Shown here: one piece after another, positions 40,301 through 51,879 of the stretch
How the letters are laid out: every line of letters starts with the position of its first letter
Position numbering within the stretch: the stretch's first letter is position 1
NCBI RefSeq assembly: GCF_963921235.1
Contig: NC_086097.1
Coordinates: forward strand, 31,436,001-31,496,000
From: Mobula hypostoma
Lineage: Eukaryota
Direction: 5' to 3'
DNA length: 60,000 nucleotides
Position numbers and translations under genes: made by a program
The notes under the pieces: generated by a model
What the model was told of the DNA's origin: nothing
The model's input: the letters and a program-made list of their open reading frames with translations, nothing else
The model's database searches: none

Positions 40301-41640
40301 CTTCAATCCTGTATTCACCTTTTTCAATTTTGTTCACCTTTTACATTGCATTTCATCCTGTTGACTGCAATTTTGCCCTATCAACAGCCTCTCCCCACTA
40401 CACACTGCCTCTGTTTGTAAACCAGCAACCTCATCTTCAGCACTATTATCCGCCTTTCCTACGATACTTCTTACATTGAAATAAACGCATATCAGGACAC
40501 TATGCACACCATGTTCAGCCTTTTGATTCCTAACTCTGTCTGAGGTCCTGCCAACATCTGCCTTCACAACCTCTCCGCGAACTATTCTGACACTCTGGTT
40601 CCCATCCCCTGCAACTCTAGTTTAAACCCCACTGTGCAGCATTAACAAACCTTCCTGCTAGGATACGAGGCCCCCTCCAGTTCAGTTGTAAACTGTCCCT
40701 TCTGTACAGGTCCCACCTTCCCTGGAAGAGAGCCCAATGATCCATAAATCTTATGCTCTCCCTCCTACACCAACTCCTTCACCACGTATTAAACTGTATA
40801 ACCTTCCTAGTTCTGGCCTTACTAGCAAGTGGCATGGGTAGCAATCCTGAGATCACAACCACAGAGGTCCTGCCCTTTAACTTAGCACCTAACTCCCTAT
40901 GCAGAACCTCGTCACTCACCCTCCCATGTCATTGGACCATGACCTCTGGCTGTTCACCCTCCCACTTAAGAATGCTGAAGACTCGATCCAAGATATCCCA
41001 GACCCTGGCATCCGGGAGGAGACATCTTGTTCTCGCCCACAAAACCTCCTGTCCATTCTCCTAATTAACAAATCTCCTATCACCATAGTGTGCCTCTTCT
41101 CCCCCCTCCTTTCTAAGTCACAGAGGCAGAATCAGTGCCAGAGACCTGACCACTATGACTTTCCTCTGTTAGCTCAACCCACACCCGCTTCCCCAACAGT
41201 AGCAAAGTGATTCCCCTCAACAACAGGCGTAAGGCCAAAAGAGTACTCTGCACTGGCTCCTTAACCCCTTTCCCCTTCCTATCATTCACCCAGTTTCCTG
41301 TATCCTGCACCTTGGGCGTAACTACCTCTCTATATGTCCTACCTACACGCCCTCAGCTTCTTGAATGATCCAGAGTTCATCCAGTTCCAGCTCCAACTCC
41401 TTAACGCGGACTGTTAGATGCTGCAGCTGGATGCACTTCTCGCACTTGTAGTTGTCAGGGACACTGGGAGGTCTCCCTGCCTTCCCACATCCAGGAAGAG
41501 GAGCATTCCACTATCCTGCCTGGCATCTCTACTGTCCTAACTGCAGAGATACAGAGAAGGGAAGGGAAAAAATGTGAGCTTTTCTTTTCTTTTGCTTTCT
41601 CTAACTGAAGCCTTGAAGAGCTAAAGCCTCCGAATCATCA
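37340..41640 (-). mobile_element. Long, degraded CR1 LINE (ORF1 and ORF2 remnants) in PPP1R36 intron 1
   Basis: MADELNKYFASVFT...KSPGPDGLH...DWKIANVTPLFRKG...QHGFLKGKSC, plus endonuclease YDVVGITESWL and CVYFNVRSI. ORF1 remnants continue upstream. Confidence 0.9.
37529..38296 (-). mobile_element. RTE (BovB-like) LINE 3' fragment inserted in CR1
   Basis: KRRIGMAKDTF...YPVMLYGSECWT...AAEMWFLRRMQRISW and GKIEGKKARGRQR. (TGA)n tail and 9-bp TSD agcctctct at 37520-37528 / 38297-38305. Confidence 0.9.
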
Positions 41641-42428
41641 CTCTGATTCTGTCCACTCAAACAATGGCCTTTAATTTGCTCTTGTTAATGGCAAATGCAG
41701 AATGGTCACTGGTCAATGTTTGAATTACTCTTGCACCTTATTGTCTGCCTGCACTACACTTTCCCTGTAACTCTAGCACTCTATTCTGCACTGTTACTGT
41801 CTTTTGTTTTTATTAACTCGATATACAGTACTTAAGCATGGAATGATCTGCCTGGAAGGTGTGCAAGCAAAAGCTGTTTGGTACATGTGAGAATAATATA
41901 CCAATTAGGAAAAGCTTCTTCCCCTCCACCATCATAATTCTGGATGGTCCATGATCACCATCACACTACTTTGTTCACTTTTTGCACTACTCATTTACTT
42001 TTAATATTTCTTATTCTAATTTATATTAATTGCATATATTGTTCCATATGGCTGCCACAAAACAGCAAATTTGACGGCATATGTAAAATTTTAATAAAAC
42101 CGTTTCTAATTCTACAACCAATAAAAGTTGAGGGGTTGAGGGTTGTTTTGGGCAAAACTTTATAATTAGTAATTACATTTATGATTACTGTAGGCTAATG
42201 GTTAAGGATTACTTGGGGTTGATTTTAACGCTATATCGTGTAAATGGTTAAGGTTCGTTTTAGAGTTAGGGTTGAATGACTGTTTCCGGATGTGTTGGTT
42301 TTAGGACAGCGATCGTGAAAAAGGATCTGGAGTCGGTCGGTGACCCCAGGTGGAGACGGTTACCGGACACTGCTGAGAGGGGAGAGACCCGGATACCCCA
42401 TCCTCCCTCTCCCTTCCGGGGATCTCAC

Positions 42429-42458
42429 CTGCTCCAAACTGAGATAACCATCCATCAT
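42429..42458 (-). CDS. PPP1R36: PPP1R36 first coding exon
   Basis: ATG ATG GAT GGT TAT CTC AGT TTG GAG CAG|gtgaga (MMDGYLSLEQ). Phase 0 fits exon 2, and it lies in a CpG-enriched promoter-like region. Confidence 0.72.
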
Positions 42459-42483
42459 CAGGAATGCGATCACCCTGCTAATG

Positions 42484-42714
42484 GTCTCCCGGCAACCGTT
42501 CCACACTGCAACAAGTACAAACGGCAGCAGCGGAAGTAACCAATAGCAGTCAAGATCCTCGATTGGTGTTCCACCCAGAGGTAGTATCCAATGGGTGCAA
42601 ACATTTCCACCTATGGTCCCACCCATTGGAAGAGTACCCAATAGGAGTCAGGTACCGATCGTTAGAGCTTTACGGGGGTGGGAGAGTAACCAATAGGCAC
42701 TAAATATCTCCAAT
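42484..42714 (-). promoter_or_regulatory. PPP1R36 promoter: RFX X-box-like site, ETS site and seven CCAAT boxes
   Basis: GTCTCCCGGCAAC at 42484-42496, CGGAAGT at 42531-42537, and CCAAT/ATTGG at 42540, 42562, 42588, 42625, 42638, 42690 and 42710. Confidence 0.65.
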
Positions 42715-45519
42715 GCGAGCCGAGCATCCCTTTCCACGGGGGCAATGAATTGTGGAGAAAGTAAACTTCCCTTTGGTCATCAGATTATTTAAAGGGTCCA
42801 CGGACCCATGAGCGCTACCTCGCTATTCCTCATTTGCACCATTTATTGTAACTTGTAGTAATTTTTATGTATTGTACTGTAAACGACACCCCTCCCTCTT
42901 ACATTCCTCCTTAAATTATGCCCCTCGCATTAGTCATTTCTGCCCTGAGTAAAAGTCTCTGGCTATCCCTTTATCATCTTGTACACCTACATCAAGTCAC
43001 TTCTCATCCTCCTTCGCTCCAAAGTTAAAATAATCTTAACGAATAAGGACTTATTAAGAGGTCAGATGTGCCTTCTGTTTCCTTCATCTGAAATATGGCA
43101 CCATTCAGAATGCATTATCAGCTGGAATCTCGTGGTGGAGCTCCAGCGTGCGGTAGAACTAAAACCTCATGTCAGGATTAGAATTAGAGTTTCAGTTTGG
43201 TACTATAGGGTTGCCAAAACAAAAACTTCACATCATTTTAAATTTCTTCCCCAGGAAGTTAATCTGATTGAGCATTGCACTGCACTGCAGACACTTTAAA
43301 ACACTATTATAGTTAATATTTACGTATTTAGGCACATTTTATTCCATGTTTGTTACTTAACCACTAAATTTAGCGAAAGTTGCACCCTGACCAACACATA
43401 AATTTCTCATACATTTAAATGCATATGGTGAATAAAATTGATCCTTGATATAAAAAACCGTTCACTAATACAGCTGCAATGTCAAAGGAGGTATTAAAGC
43501 TGGGGAAATGGTGGCGAGGAAATGCCCAGAAATGGAAAGACTACAGAAACTGGTGGAAATGCTGAAGGAACTTAGCAGGTGAGGCAGCATCTGTGGAAAA
43601 GAATAAACAGCTGATGTTTTGGCCAGAGACCCTTTGTCACTGGCCTCTCAGCATTTTGTGTGTTGCTTTGGATTTCCAGCATCTGCAGATTTTCTCGTGT
43701 TTGAGAAACTGGTGGATACCGCCCTGTCCATCACAGGCAAAACCCTCCCCAACATTGAGCACAGTTACAAGGAGCACTGCCACAAGAAAGCAGCATCCGT
43801 CAAAGACCCTCACCATCCAGGCCATGTTCTCTTCTCATTGCTGCCACTGGCCAGGAGGCACAGTCTTAGGTCACACACCATAAGGTTCAAGAACAATAAT
43901 TGTCCTTCAATCATCAGGTCCCTGAATGACCATGGATAACTTCACTCACCTTAACTCTGAACTGATCCCACAACCTGTAGACTCACTTTTAACTCCTACA
44001 GACCTGCTGAGTTCCTCCAGCAGTTTGTGTGTGTCACATTTAAGAGATCTTAACAAGTCATGTTCTCAGAATTTTATCTATCCTTCTATCCATATCTACA
44101 GTATACATCAATTTTTTTTTGCAGAATTTGTCTTGTTTTACACCTTGGTTGTCAGACTTCATTTATGTTTACTTTTTCATAAATTCAATTATATTTATTT
44201 TCTTGTAAATGCTTTTTTTTGCTGAAATGGGTGGGCAGAGGGGAGAGGTTGATGCATTGATGCTTGCACAGGAAGTGTGAGAGGGGGCCTTGGGGTTCTA
44301 ATGTTTTTCTGTCATTCATTTTGGGAGACTAAATATTTTTGGTTGTATATATTCTCTGATAACAAATGGAAACATTTGATTTGAAATGCCTGCAAAAAAA
44401 TTAATGTTAAGTTAGGATATGGTAACATATACATACTTTGATAATAGATTTGAACTTCAAAGAAGTGCAGAACCAAAGAAGTGATGGTGTCGGCCAGTAA
44501 ATAAGATGAGCCGATGGTAACACAGAAATATGGTTTCATGGAGATTACCTTCCAGTTGACAGCAGAGACAGCAACATGGAGTCTCTAACCTCTGCAAGTA
44601 AATAAATTAATCAGTTTTTCATATCTTTTACACTAAAAAGGCACTTTGTTCTCAAGATTGCTCAATTCAATCACAGATATTACTGAGCACTGTCAATTTT
44701 CCAAAACCTTTTTAAAATATATATATATGGAGGTGATGGCAAGTTCTGGATCACAAGAGGTTATGTACGTGGCAGGATCAGAGTTAAATGGAGGGTGTTC
44801 ATGTTTCATTCACTGGATAGTAAAGTCAAAAACTCAAGATTATCTTGGTCCTGTGTTCCCTTTGTTTAGGTTAATTCAGTTTAGAACAGGATTTTTTAAA
44901 AAATAATTTCTTCAGTTTTCCCCCACATTTACTGTTAAAAACTCTAACCCTATTGGTCTAAGATGTTTAATTTTCAACATTTCACATCTGTGATGAATTA
45001 AAACACAAACAATGCAATTTAACAAATAAGGTACGCAGCAACCTTTGAAGATAATAGACCAAATGTAGTATTCATGTTGATCTACCACATGCTTGAATGG
45101 AGACAAGTATTTTGCAGCTGTTGTATTTTAATCTGATACACAACAGTTGTAAAGGCATGTTTGGTTTCTGCAAACTTATCTCTCAGAGGAACGCTGAAGA
45201 GTTGTCCAACTGCAATACACAGAACTTGTAACCTCTCCTAACAGTGCCAAGAAATGAAAGACTTTCTTCACAGTCAAAGAAATTGCGTAGTTTCCTTTTT
45301 CCCAGGAGCCCAATAAAGGTGTGTAGCTCCTCCTCCCTGTGTCAGAGATTGTATTCCTTTTTCCAATAAAAAATGGAGGGTGACAAAAGAAGCTGTAAAT
45401 ACTGAAACCTGGAGCAAAAAAACAGGCAGTCTGCTGGAGGATCTTCTCAGATCAAGCAACATCTGTGGAAGGAAATAGACAGGGTCGTTTTGGGTTAGAA
45501 ACTGCATCAGGACTAGATG

Positions 45520-46110
45520 CAAGATTGAGAGGGTGTACAGCTTTAAGTTCCTCAGCATACACATCACTGAGGATCTCACGTGGTCTGTGCATACTAGCTG
45601 GGTGGTGAAAAAAAGCACAACCATACCTCTTTCACCTCAGACAGTTGAAGAAATCTGGCATGTCCCCAAATCTTAAGGACTTTCTACAGGGGGGCACAAT
45701 TGAGAGCATCCTAACTGGCTTCATCACTACCTGGTATGGGAACTGTACTTCCCTCAATCGCAGGACTCTGCAGAGAGTGGTGCGAACAGCCCACTGCATC
45801 TGTAGATCTGAACTTCCCACTATTCAGGAAATTTACAGAGCCAGGTCCGTACCACAAACTGTTCCAGCTGCTACCATCTGGGAAATGGTACTGCAGCATA
45901 AAAGCCAGGACCAACAGGCTCCAGGACAGCTTCTTCCACCAGGCCATCAGACTGATTAACTTACACTGATACAATTGTATTTCTACGTTATATTGACCGT
46001 CTTGTTGTACATACTATATATTATAAATCTATAAATTGCACATTTAATGGAGGTGAAACAAAGATATTTACTCCTCATGTATGTGAAGGATGCAAGAAAG
46101 TCAATTCAAT
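45520..46110 (+). mobile_element. Rex1-like LINE 3' fragment
   Basis: TIESILTGFITTWYGNC...LQRVVRTA and LFQLLPSGKWYCSIKARTNRLQDSFF, ending in a (TTCAA)n tail. Confidence 0.8.
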
Positions 46111-46311
46111 TCAACTCGTAACATCGACAATTCCTTTCCTCCCACAAATAATTGATGGTTTCTGATTCTCCAATAAAAAGGGTAGATTTAGCTAGCAACT
46201 TTATAAAGCTCAAATTAGGCTGCATCTGGAGATTTATTGCATTCATTTCCGGTTGTCCCATTACAGGAAGAACTTTGAGGCTTTGGAGAGGGCGCAGAAG
46301 AGGCTTACCAG

Positions 46312-46912
46312 GATGGGAGACCGTTTCACTAAACATCTACGCTCTGTCCGCCAGAGAAAGCAGGATCTCCCAGCAGCCACACATTTTAATTCCACATCCC
46401 ATTCCCATTCAGCTATGTCTGTCCACGGCCTCCTCTACTGTAAGCCACACTCAGGTTGGAGGAACACCACCTTATATTCCATCTGGGTAGCCTCCAACCT
46501 GATGGCATGAACATTGACTTCTCTAACTTCTGTTAATGCCCCACCTCCCCTTCGTACCCCATCCATTATTTATTTATTTTTTTTCTCTCTCTATGCTCCT
46601 TGCCCATCCTCTGGGCTCCCCCCACCTTTCTTTCTCCCTAGGCCTTCTGTCCCATGATCGTCTCATATCCCTTTTGCCAATCAACTTCCTAGCTCTTAGC
46701 TCCATCCCTCCCGTTCCTGTCTTCTCCTATCATTTCAGATCTCCCCCCACCCCAAATCTCATTATCTCTTCTTTCAGTTAGTCCTGACGAAGGGTCTCGG
46801 CCCAAAACGTCGACTGTTTCTCTTCCTATAGATGCTGCCTGGCCTGCTGTGTTCACCAGCAAATTTTATGTGTGTTGCTTGAAATTCCAGCATCTGCAAA
46901 TTTCCTCGTGTT
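46312..46912 (+). mobile_element. Penelope-like element 3' end (second copy), inserted in a CR1 remnant
   Basis: Highly similar to 1-603 (RFTKHLRSVRQRKQDLPAATHFNSTSHSHS). Its hammerhead at 46780-46815 has GAAA changed to AAAA. Confidence 0.85.
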
Positions 46913-47164
46913 TACCAGGATGCCGTCAGGATTAGAAGGTGTGTGCTATACTGAGAGGTTGGACAAACTTGTGGTGTTTGCCCTGTAGCAGCAGAGGGTG
47001 AGGGAACATCTGATTGAGGTTTATAAGGCTACGAGGGGCAAAGATAGAAAATGTCTAATACCAGAGGGGTACTCATCTTAATTTTAAAATGAGATGTGAG
47101 GGGAAATTTTTTATATATATATATATATAATGTGCTGTCTGGGTGGTGGTAGAGGCAGATATCT

Positions 47165-47198
47165 GTCCTGACGAAGGGTCTCGGCCTGAAACGTCGAC
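47165..47198 (+). ncRNA. Minimal hammerhead ribozyme in a short Penelope-derived insertion
   Basis: GTC-CTGACGA-AGG(gtctcgg)CCT-GAAA-CGTC-GAC, core intact. Confidence 0.7.
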
Positions 47199-48543
47199 TG
47201 CGCCTCTTCCTATAGATGCTGCTTGGCCTGCTGCGTTCACCAGCAACTTTGATGTATGTTGCTTGAATTTCCAGCATCTGCAGAATTCCTGTTGTTTCTG
47301 TACCTTAGATACTTTTAAGAGGCATTAAGATAGGCACATAAATGTTAGGGAGATAGAAAGATATGGACACTGTGTAGGCCAATGAGACTAGTTTAGCTAG
47401 CCATTTGATTACTAATTTAATAGGTTCAGCACAACATTGTGGACCGAAGGACCTGTTGCTGTGCTGTAGATCTCCTCCCCATTAACTGCTTTAGCATGGA
47501 AAGAACTGTAAAGCAGCAAGTTTCAAATAGCTATCGCATTAAGAATGAAAAAATTATTTTCCATTTTATTAGTTATTTTTACTCCAGATTAAATCAACAG
47601 CACAACCTTTACCAACGTATGAAGTTGCTAAAGATTAGGCTAGGTTTTTATTCTCTGGAAGATATGAGAAAAAGGGGCAACCTTATAGTAATGTTTAAAA
47701 TTATGAAAGGCATAGATAAGGTGGAAGGCAACAGTCTGTGCTGCAGGATAGGAGAGACCAAAATTAGGGGCATAGTTTTGGAAATATTTAAAAGGAAACC
47801 GAGGGGCAACTTTTTCCCATATAAAAAGGTGGTGCATATAACTAGCTGCTAGCAGAGGGGTTGAGGCTGTTACAATGGTATCATTTTAGAAGCACTTGGA
47901 TAGGTACATGGAAGGGTAGGCTTAGATTAGAGTGATATGGGAAGTTGGGATTAGCTGGGATGGCTCCATGGTCAGCATGGACTCTGGATCAAAGGGCCTG
48001 CATTCGTTCTGCATTGCTCTATGATGGTAAGAATCATGCATGCTGTTTGTGAATTCAGAGTACCTGGTGATAATTTCTAAAGGCAATGATTTAGGGACAG
48101 CAATAACAGGGAGCAAGGTAGCACAGCAGTTAGCATAACACCATTACAGGGCCAGTGACCCAAGTTCAATTCCTGCCACTGTCTGTAAGGAGCTTAACGT
48201 TCTCCTTGTGACTGTGTGGCTCTTCTCTGGACTCTCTGGTTTCCTCCCACATTCCAAAGATGTACAGATGAATAGGTTAATTTGTTGCACAAGTGTAACT
48301 GGGCAGCATGGGCTAGTTGGGTCAGAAAGGCCTGTTACCCTGCTGTATCTCTAAATTTTAACAAAATATATGTGTGATAATTAATCTACAGTAAGATAGA
48401 GAAATAAGCAGTTGAGTCCTTTGTATTATCTGAACGGTTTGTTATCGATAATACATAGTTAAGTGTTCCCTCCCTCCTCGCCCCATTAATGCTGAGGGAA
48501 CAAGAAAAAGAAGTAGTTCTTCCAATGCCTTTAGCCACCTCAC

Positions 48544-50183
48544 TCAGTCAACCTCTTCAATTGTGGGTCCAGTTGGGCTGCTGGGCACCGAGGAACTGCT
48601 GGCTCCTGGACGTATCCCACTGCAGGGACATCTGAAGAACTTGAGAAGTGGTTTACAGACTTTCTCTAGCTCTTTCTGCTGATAATCCAACTCCTCCTTC
48701 TCTGCTGTCTGGTTTCTTTCTAACCAGCTGAGGACTTCCTGACATTTTGCCAGGATAGCCTTCCCATCCTCCTCACTGATTTTCCCTTTCAGGTTCTCAT
48801 CCTGTACGGCCTGCTTCATGTTGTATGCATAGGACTCAAGCATGTTCTTGGCAGCCACCTTTTCCCTGTTCAGGTTGTCCTCTGCCTTATAGTGCTCTGC
48901 CTCCTGCACCATACGCTCAATGTCATCTTTGTTCAGCCGGCCCTTGTCGTTGGTAATGGTGATTTTGTTTGTGTGTCCTGTGCTCTTGTCAACTGCCGAA
49001 ACATTCAGGATGCCATTGGCATCTATATCAAAGATCACCTCTATCTGAGGCAGTCCACGTGGAGCTGGTGGGATGTTGACCAGGCTGAACGTACCAAGCA
49101 GGTTGTTGTCTTTGGTCATTGCTCTTTCCCCTTCGTAGACTTGAATAAGGACACTAGTTTGGTTGTCTGAGTAAGTGGTGAAGACCTGTGCCTGTTTGGT
49201 AGGGATGGTGGTGTTTCGTTTAATGAGGGGAGTCATGATCCCACCAGCTGTCTCAATACCAAGAGACAGGGGAGCGACATCCAGGAGCAACAGGTCCTGT
49301 ACATTTTCAGACTTGTCACCTGTTAAAATGGCTGCCTGCACTGCGGCACCATAAGCTACTGCCTCATCGGGATTGATGCTTTTGTTCAGTTCCTTCCCAT
49401 TGAAAAAGTCTTGAAGTATATTCTGGATTTTAGGGATTCTTGTGGAGCCTCCCACAAGGACAACATCCTGAATCCGAGATTTGTCAATCTTGGCATCGTG
49501 AAGGGCTTTCTCAATGGGCTCCAGTGTAGCTCTGAAGAGATCACTGTTCAATTCTTCAAACCGGGCCCTGGTGATTGATGTGTAGAAGTCTACACCTTCA
49601 TGCAAGGAGTCAATCTCAACACTGGCCTGTGTACTCGAGGACAGAGTCCTTTTGGCACGCTCACAAGCTGTGCGCAAACGTCTCACTGCCCGCTTGTTCT
49701 GGGAGATGTCCGTCTTAAATTTCCGTTTGATTTCCTCAATAAAGTGGTTCACCATGCGACTGTCAAAATCCTCTCCCCCCAGGTGAGTATCTCCAGAAGT
49801 GGACTTTACCTCAAAGATGCCATCTTCGATGGTAAGGATCGAAACATCAAAAGTTCCACCTCCCAGGTCAAAGATGAGAACATTATGCTCACCAGGTCCT
49901 GCTTTATCTAGTCCATAAGCGATAGCAGCTGCTGTTGGTTCATTGATTATTCTCATCACATTTAAAGCAGCAATGGTTCCAGCATCTTTGGTAGCTTGTC
50001 TTTGACTATCATTAAAGTAAGCTGGCACTGTGACGACGACATTGGTGACTTGACTGCCTAGGTACGCTTCTGCTATCTCTTTCATTTTTGTTAGCACCAT
50101 AGAGGAAATCTCCTCAGCAAAGAACGTCTTATTTTCCCCTTTGTACTCCACTTGGACTTTGGGTTTCCCTCCATCATTGATCA
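48544..50183 (-). CDS. HSPA2: Cytosolic HSP70 (HSPA2-syntenic), large 3' coding exon from about codon 95 to the stop
   Basis: Uninterrupted frame with [45 protein letters not shown] and terminal GPTIEEVD. It starts at acceptor tttcttcgttcttcatctcccag|TG. The HSP70 call is firm; the HSPA2 symbol rests only on adjacency to PPP1R36. Confidence 0.93.
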
Positions 50184-50449
50184 CTGGGAGATGAAGAACG
50201 AAGAAATATATTGTTAAATGTTGAATGAACACCATTTCTTAGTTAAAGAAGCAGTTTCTCCACCCCACCTGCCCCTAGCAACCAAGTACTTTCCCCAACA
50301 GAAACTTGTCCCTTCCAGAGATCATTTACATAGATTAACCTATAAACTCCAAAAATGGTGAGACGGTGGAAATAACTTTCTCCTATTTGAGCAAATTGGT
50401 CCACAGACAAACTGGTCACCTTCCAAAATCTTCTAGATTCTATAACAAA

Positions 50450-51710
50450 GTCAGAGTACTACATCAAGGAAATAGGTCCTTCAGCCCATCTAATTCATAG
50501 AAACCATAGAAACTACAGCACAGAAACAGGCTTTTTGGCCCTTCTTGGCTGTGCCGAACCATTTTCTGCCTAGTCCCACTGACCTGCACACAGACCATAT
50601 CCCTCCATACACCTCCCATCCATGTATCTGTCCAATTTATTCTTAAATGTTAAAAAAGAACCCGCATTTACCACCTCGTCTGGTAGCTCATTCCATACTC
50701 CCACCACTCTCTGTATGAAGAAGCCCCCCCAATGTTCCCTTTAAACTTTTCCCCCCTCACCCTTAACCCATGTCCTCCGCTTTATTTCTCCCCTTGCCTC
50801 AATGGAAAAAGCCTGCTTGCATTCACTCTATCTATACCCATCATAATTTTATATACCTCTTATCAAATCTCCCCTCATTCTTCTACGCTCCAGGGAATAA
50901 AGTCCTAACCTATTCAACCTTTCTCTGTAACTGAGTTTCTTAGTCCCGGCAACATCCTTGTAAACCTTCTCTGCACTCTTTCAACCTTATTTATATCCTT
51001 CCTGTAATTTGGTGACCAAAACTGAACACAATACTCCAGATTCGGCCTCACCAATGCCTTATACAACCTCATCATAACATTCCAGCTCTTATACTCAATA
51101 CTTTGATTAATAAAGGCCAATGTAGAACTGTTACTCTACCTAGGCTGTAGAACTGTTACTCTACCTAGGCCCATCAACCTGCAGCTGGAACATAGCCCTC
51201 CCACCCATGTACTTACCCAAATTTCTCTTAAACATTGCAATTGAAATGCAATCCACCACTTTAGCTGGCAGCTCATTCCACACTCTGATCAAAGCTCCCC
51301 CCACTCCCAAGTTCACCTTCAATATTTCACCCTTAACATATGAACTCTTGTTCTAGTCTCCCCAAATAGTAAAAAAAAAACACCTGCTTACATTTACCCT
51401 AGCTATACCACTCAAATTTTTGTATAGCTCTACAAAATCTCCCCTCATTCTCCTACAGAATGAACACTTCTGTTGGAAGTGACACTTAGGGAATGAACCT
51501 ATTCAACCTTTTCCTGTAACTTAGGTCCTCAAGTTCTGGCAACATCCTCGTAAATTTTTTCCGTACTCTTTCAAACTTATTGATATCTTCTTTGTAAGTA
51601 GGTGACAAAAACTGCAGATTTTACTTAAAATTTGGTCTCACCAATGCACTGTCAACACAACATCCCAACTCCTTTAATTTACAAAGGCCAATGTGCCAAA
51701 AGCTCTCATT
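50450..51710 (-). mobile_element. Nested CR1 3' ends
   Basis: LYKALVRPNLEYCVQFWSPNYRKDINKVERVQRRFTRMLPGL. A younger copy at about 50497-51122 sits inside an older copy. Confidence 0.85.
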
Positions 51711-51879
51711 ATCAGAATCAGATTTAATATCACTGGCAAATGTTGTGAAATATGTTTTTTTTATATAAACAGAGGTAGTAGGTATAATACATAACAATAC
51801 ACTTTGAATTACAAAAAGAAAATATACAGGTAAGTAAGCAGTGCAAAAAGAGAACAAAAAAGAAAAATATCGAGGATTC

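Larger units (their letters stand above)
15780..42458 (-). other. PPP1R36: PPP1R36 gene span (protein phosphatase 1 regulatory subunit 36)
   Basis: Ten GT-AG exons join in frame from ATG to TAA. Motifs WIWKEGT, VTLEDVK, LNEFLMALLNY, LLLGL...HHMACGK, KDRQLFECLY, EIGRLLRSDIFN, KRPPI...RSPVLRTLL and GIIGEP match vertebrate PPP1R36 as I recall it. It sits next to an HSP70, as at the mammalian HSPA2-PPP1R36 locus. Confidence 0.9.

Noticed and set aside
42125..42275. Interstitial telomere-like ggtta/ttaggg words
   Set aside because: Scattered and degenerate, with no tandem TTAGGG array.
50184..50235. ORF-track HSP70 N-terminus [17 protein letters not shown]
   Set aside because: Not HSP70-like. 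It is the translated branch point and pyrimidine tract of the intron.
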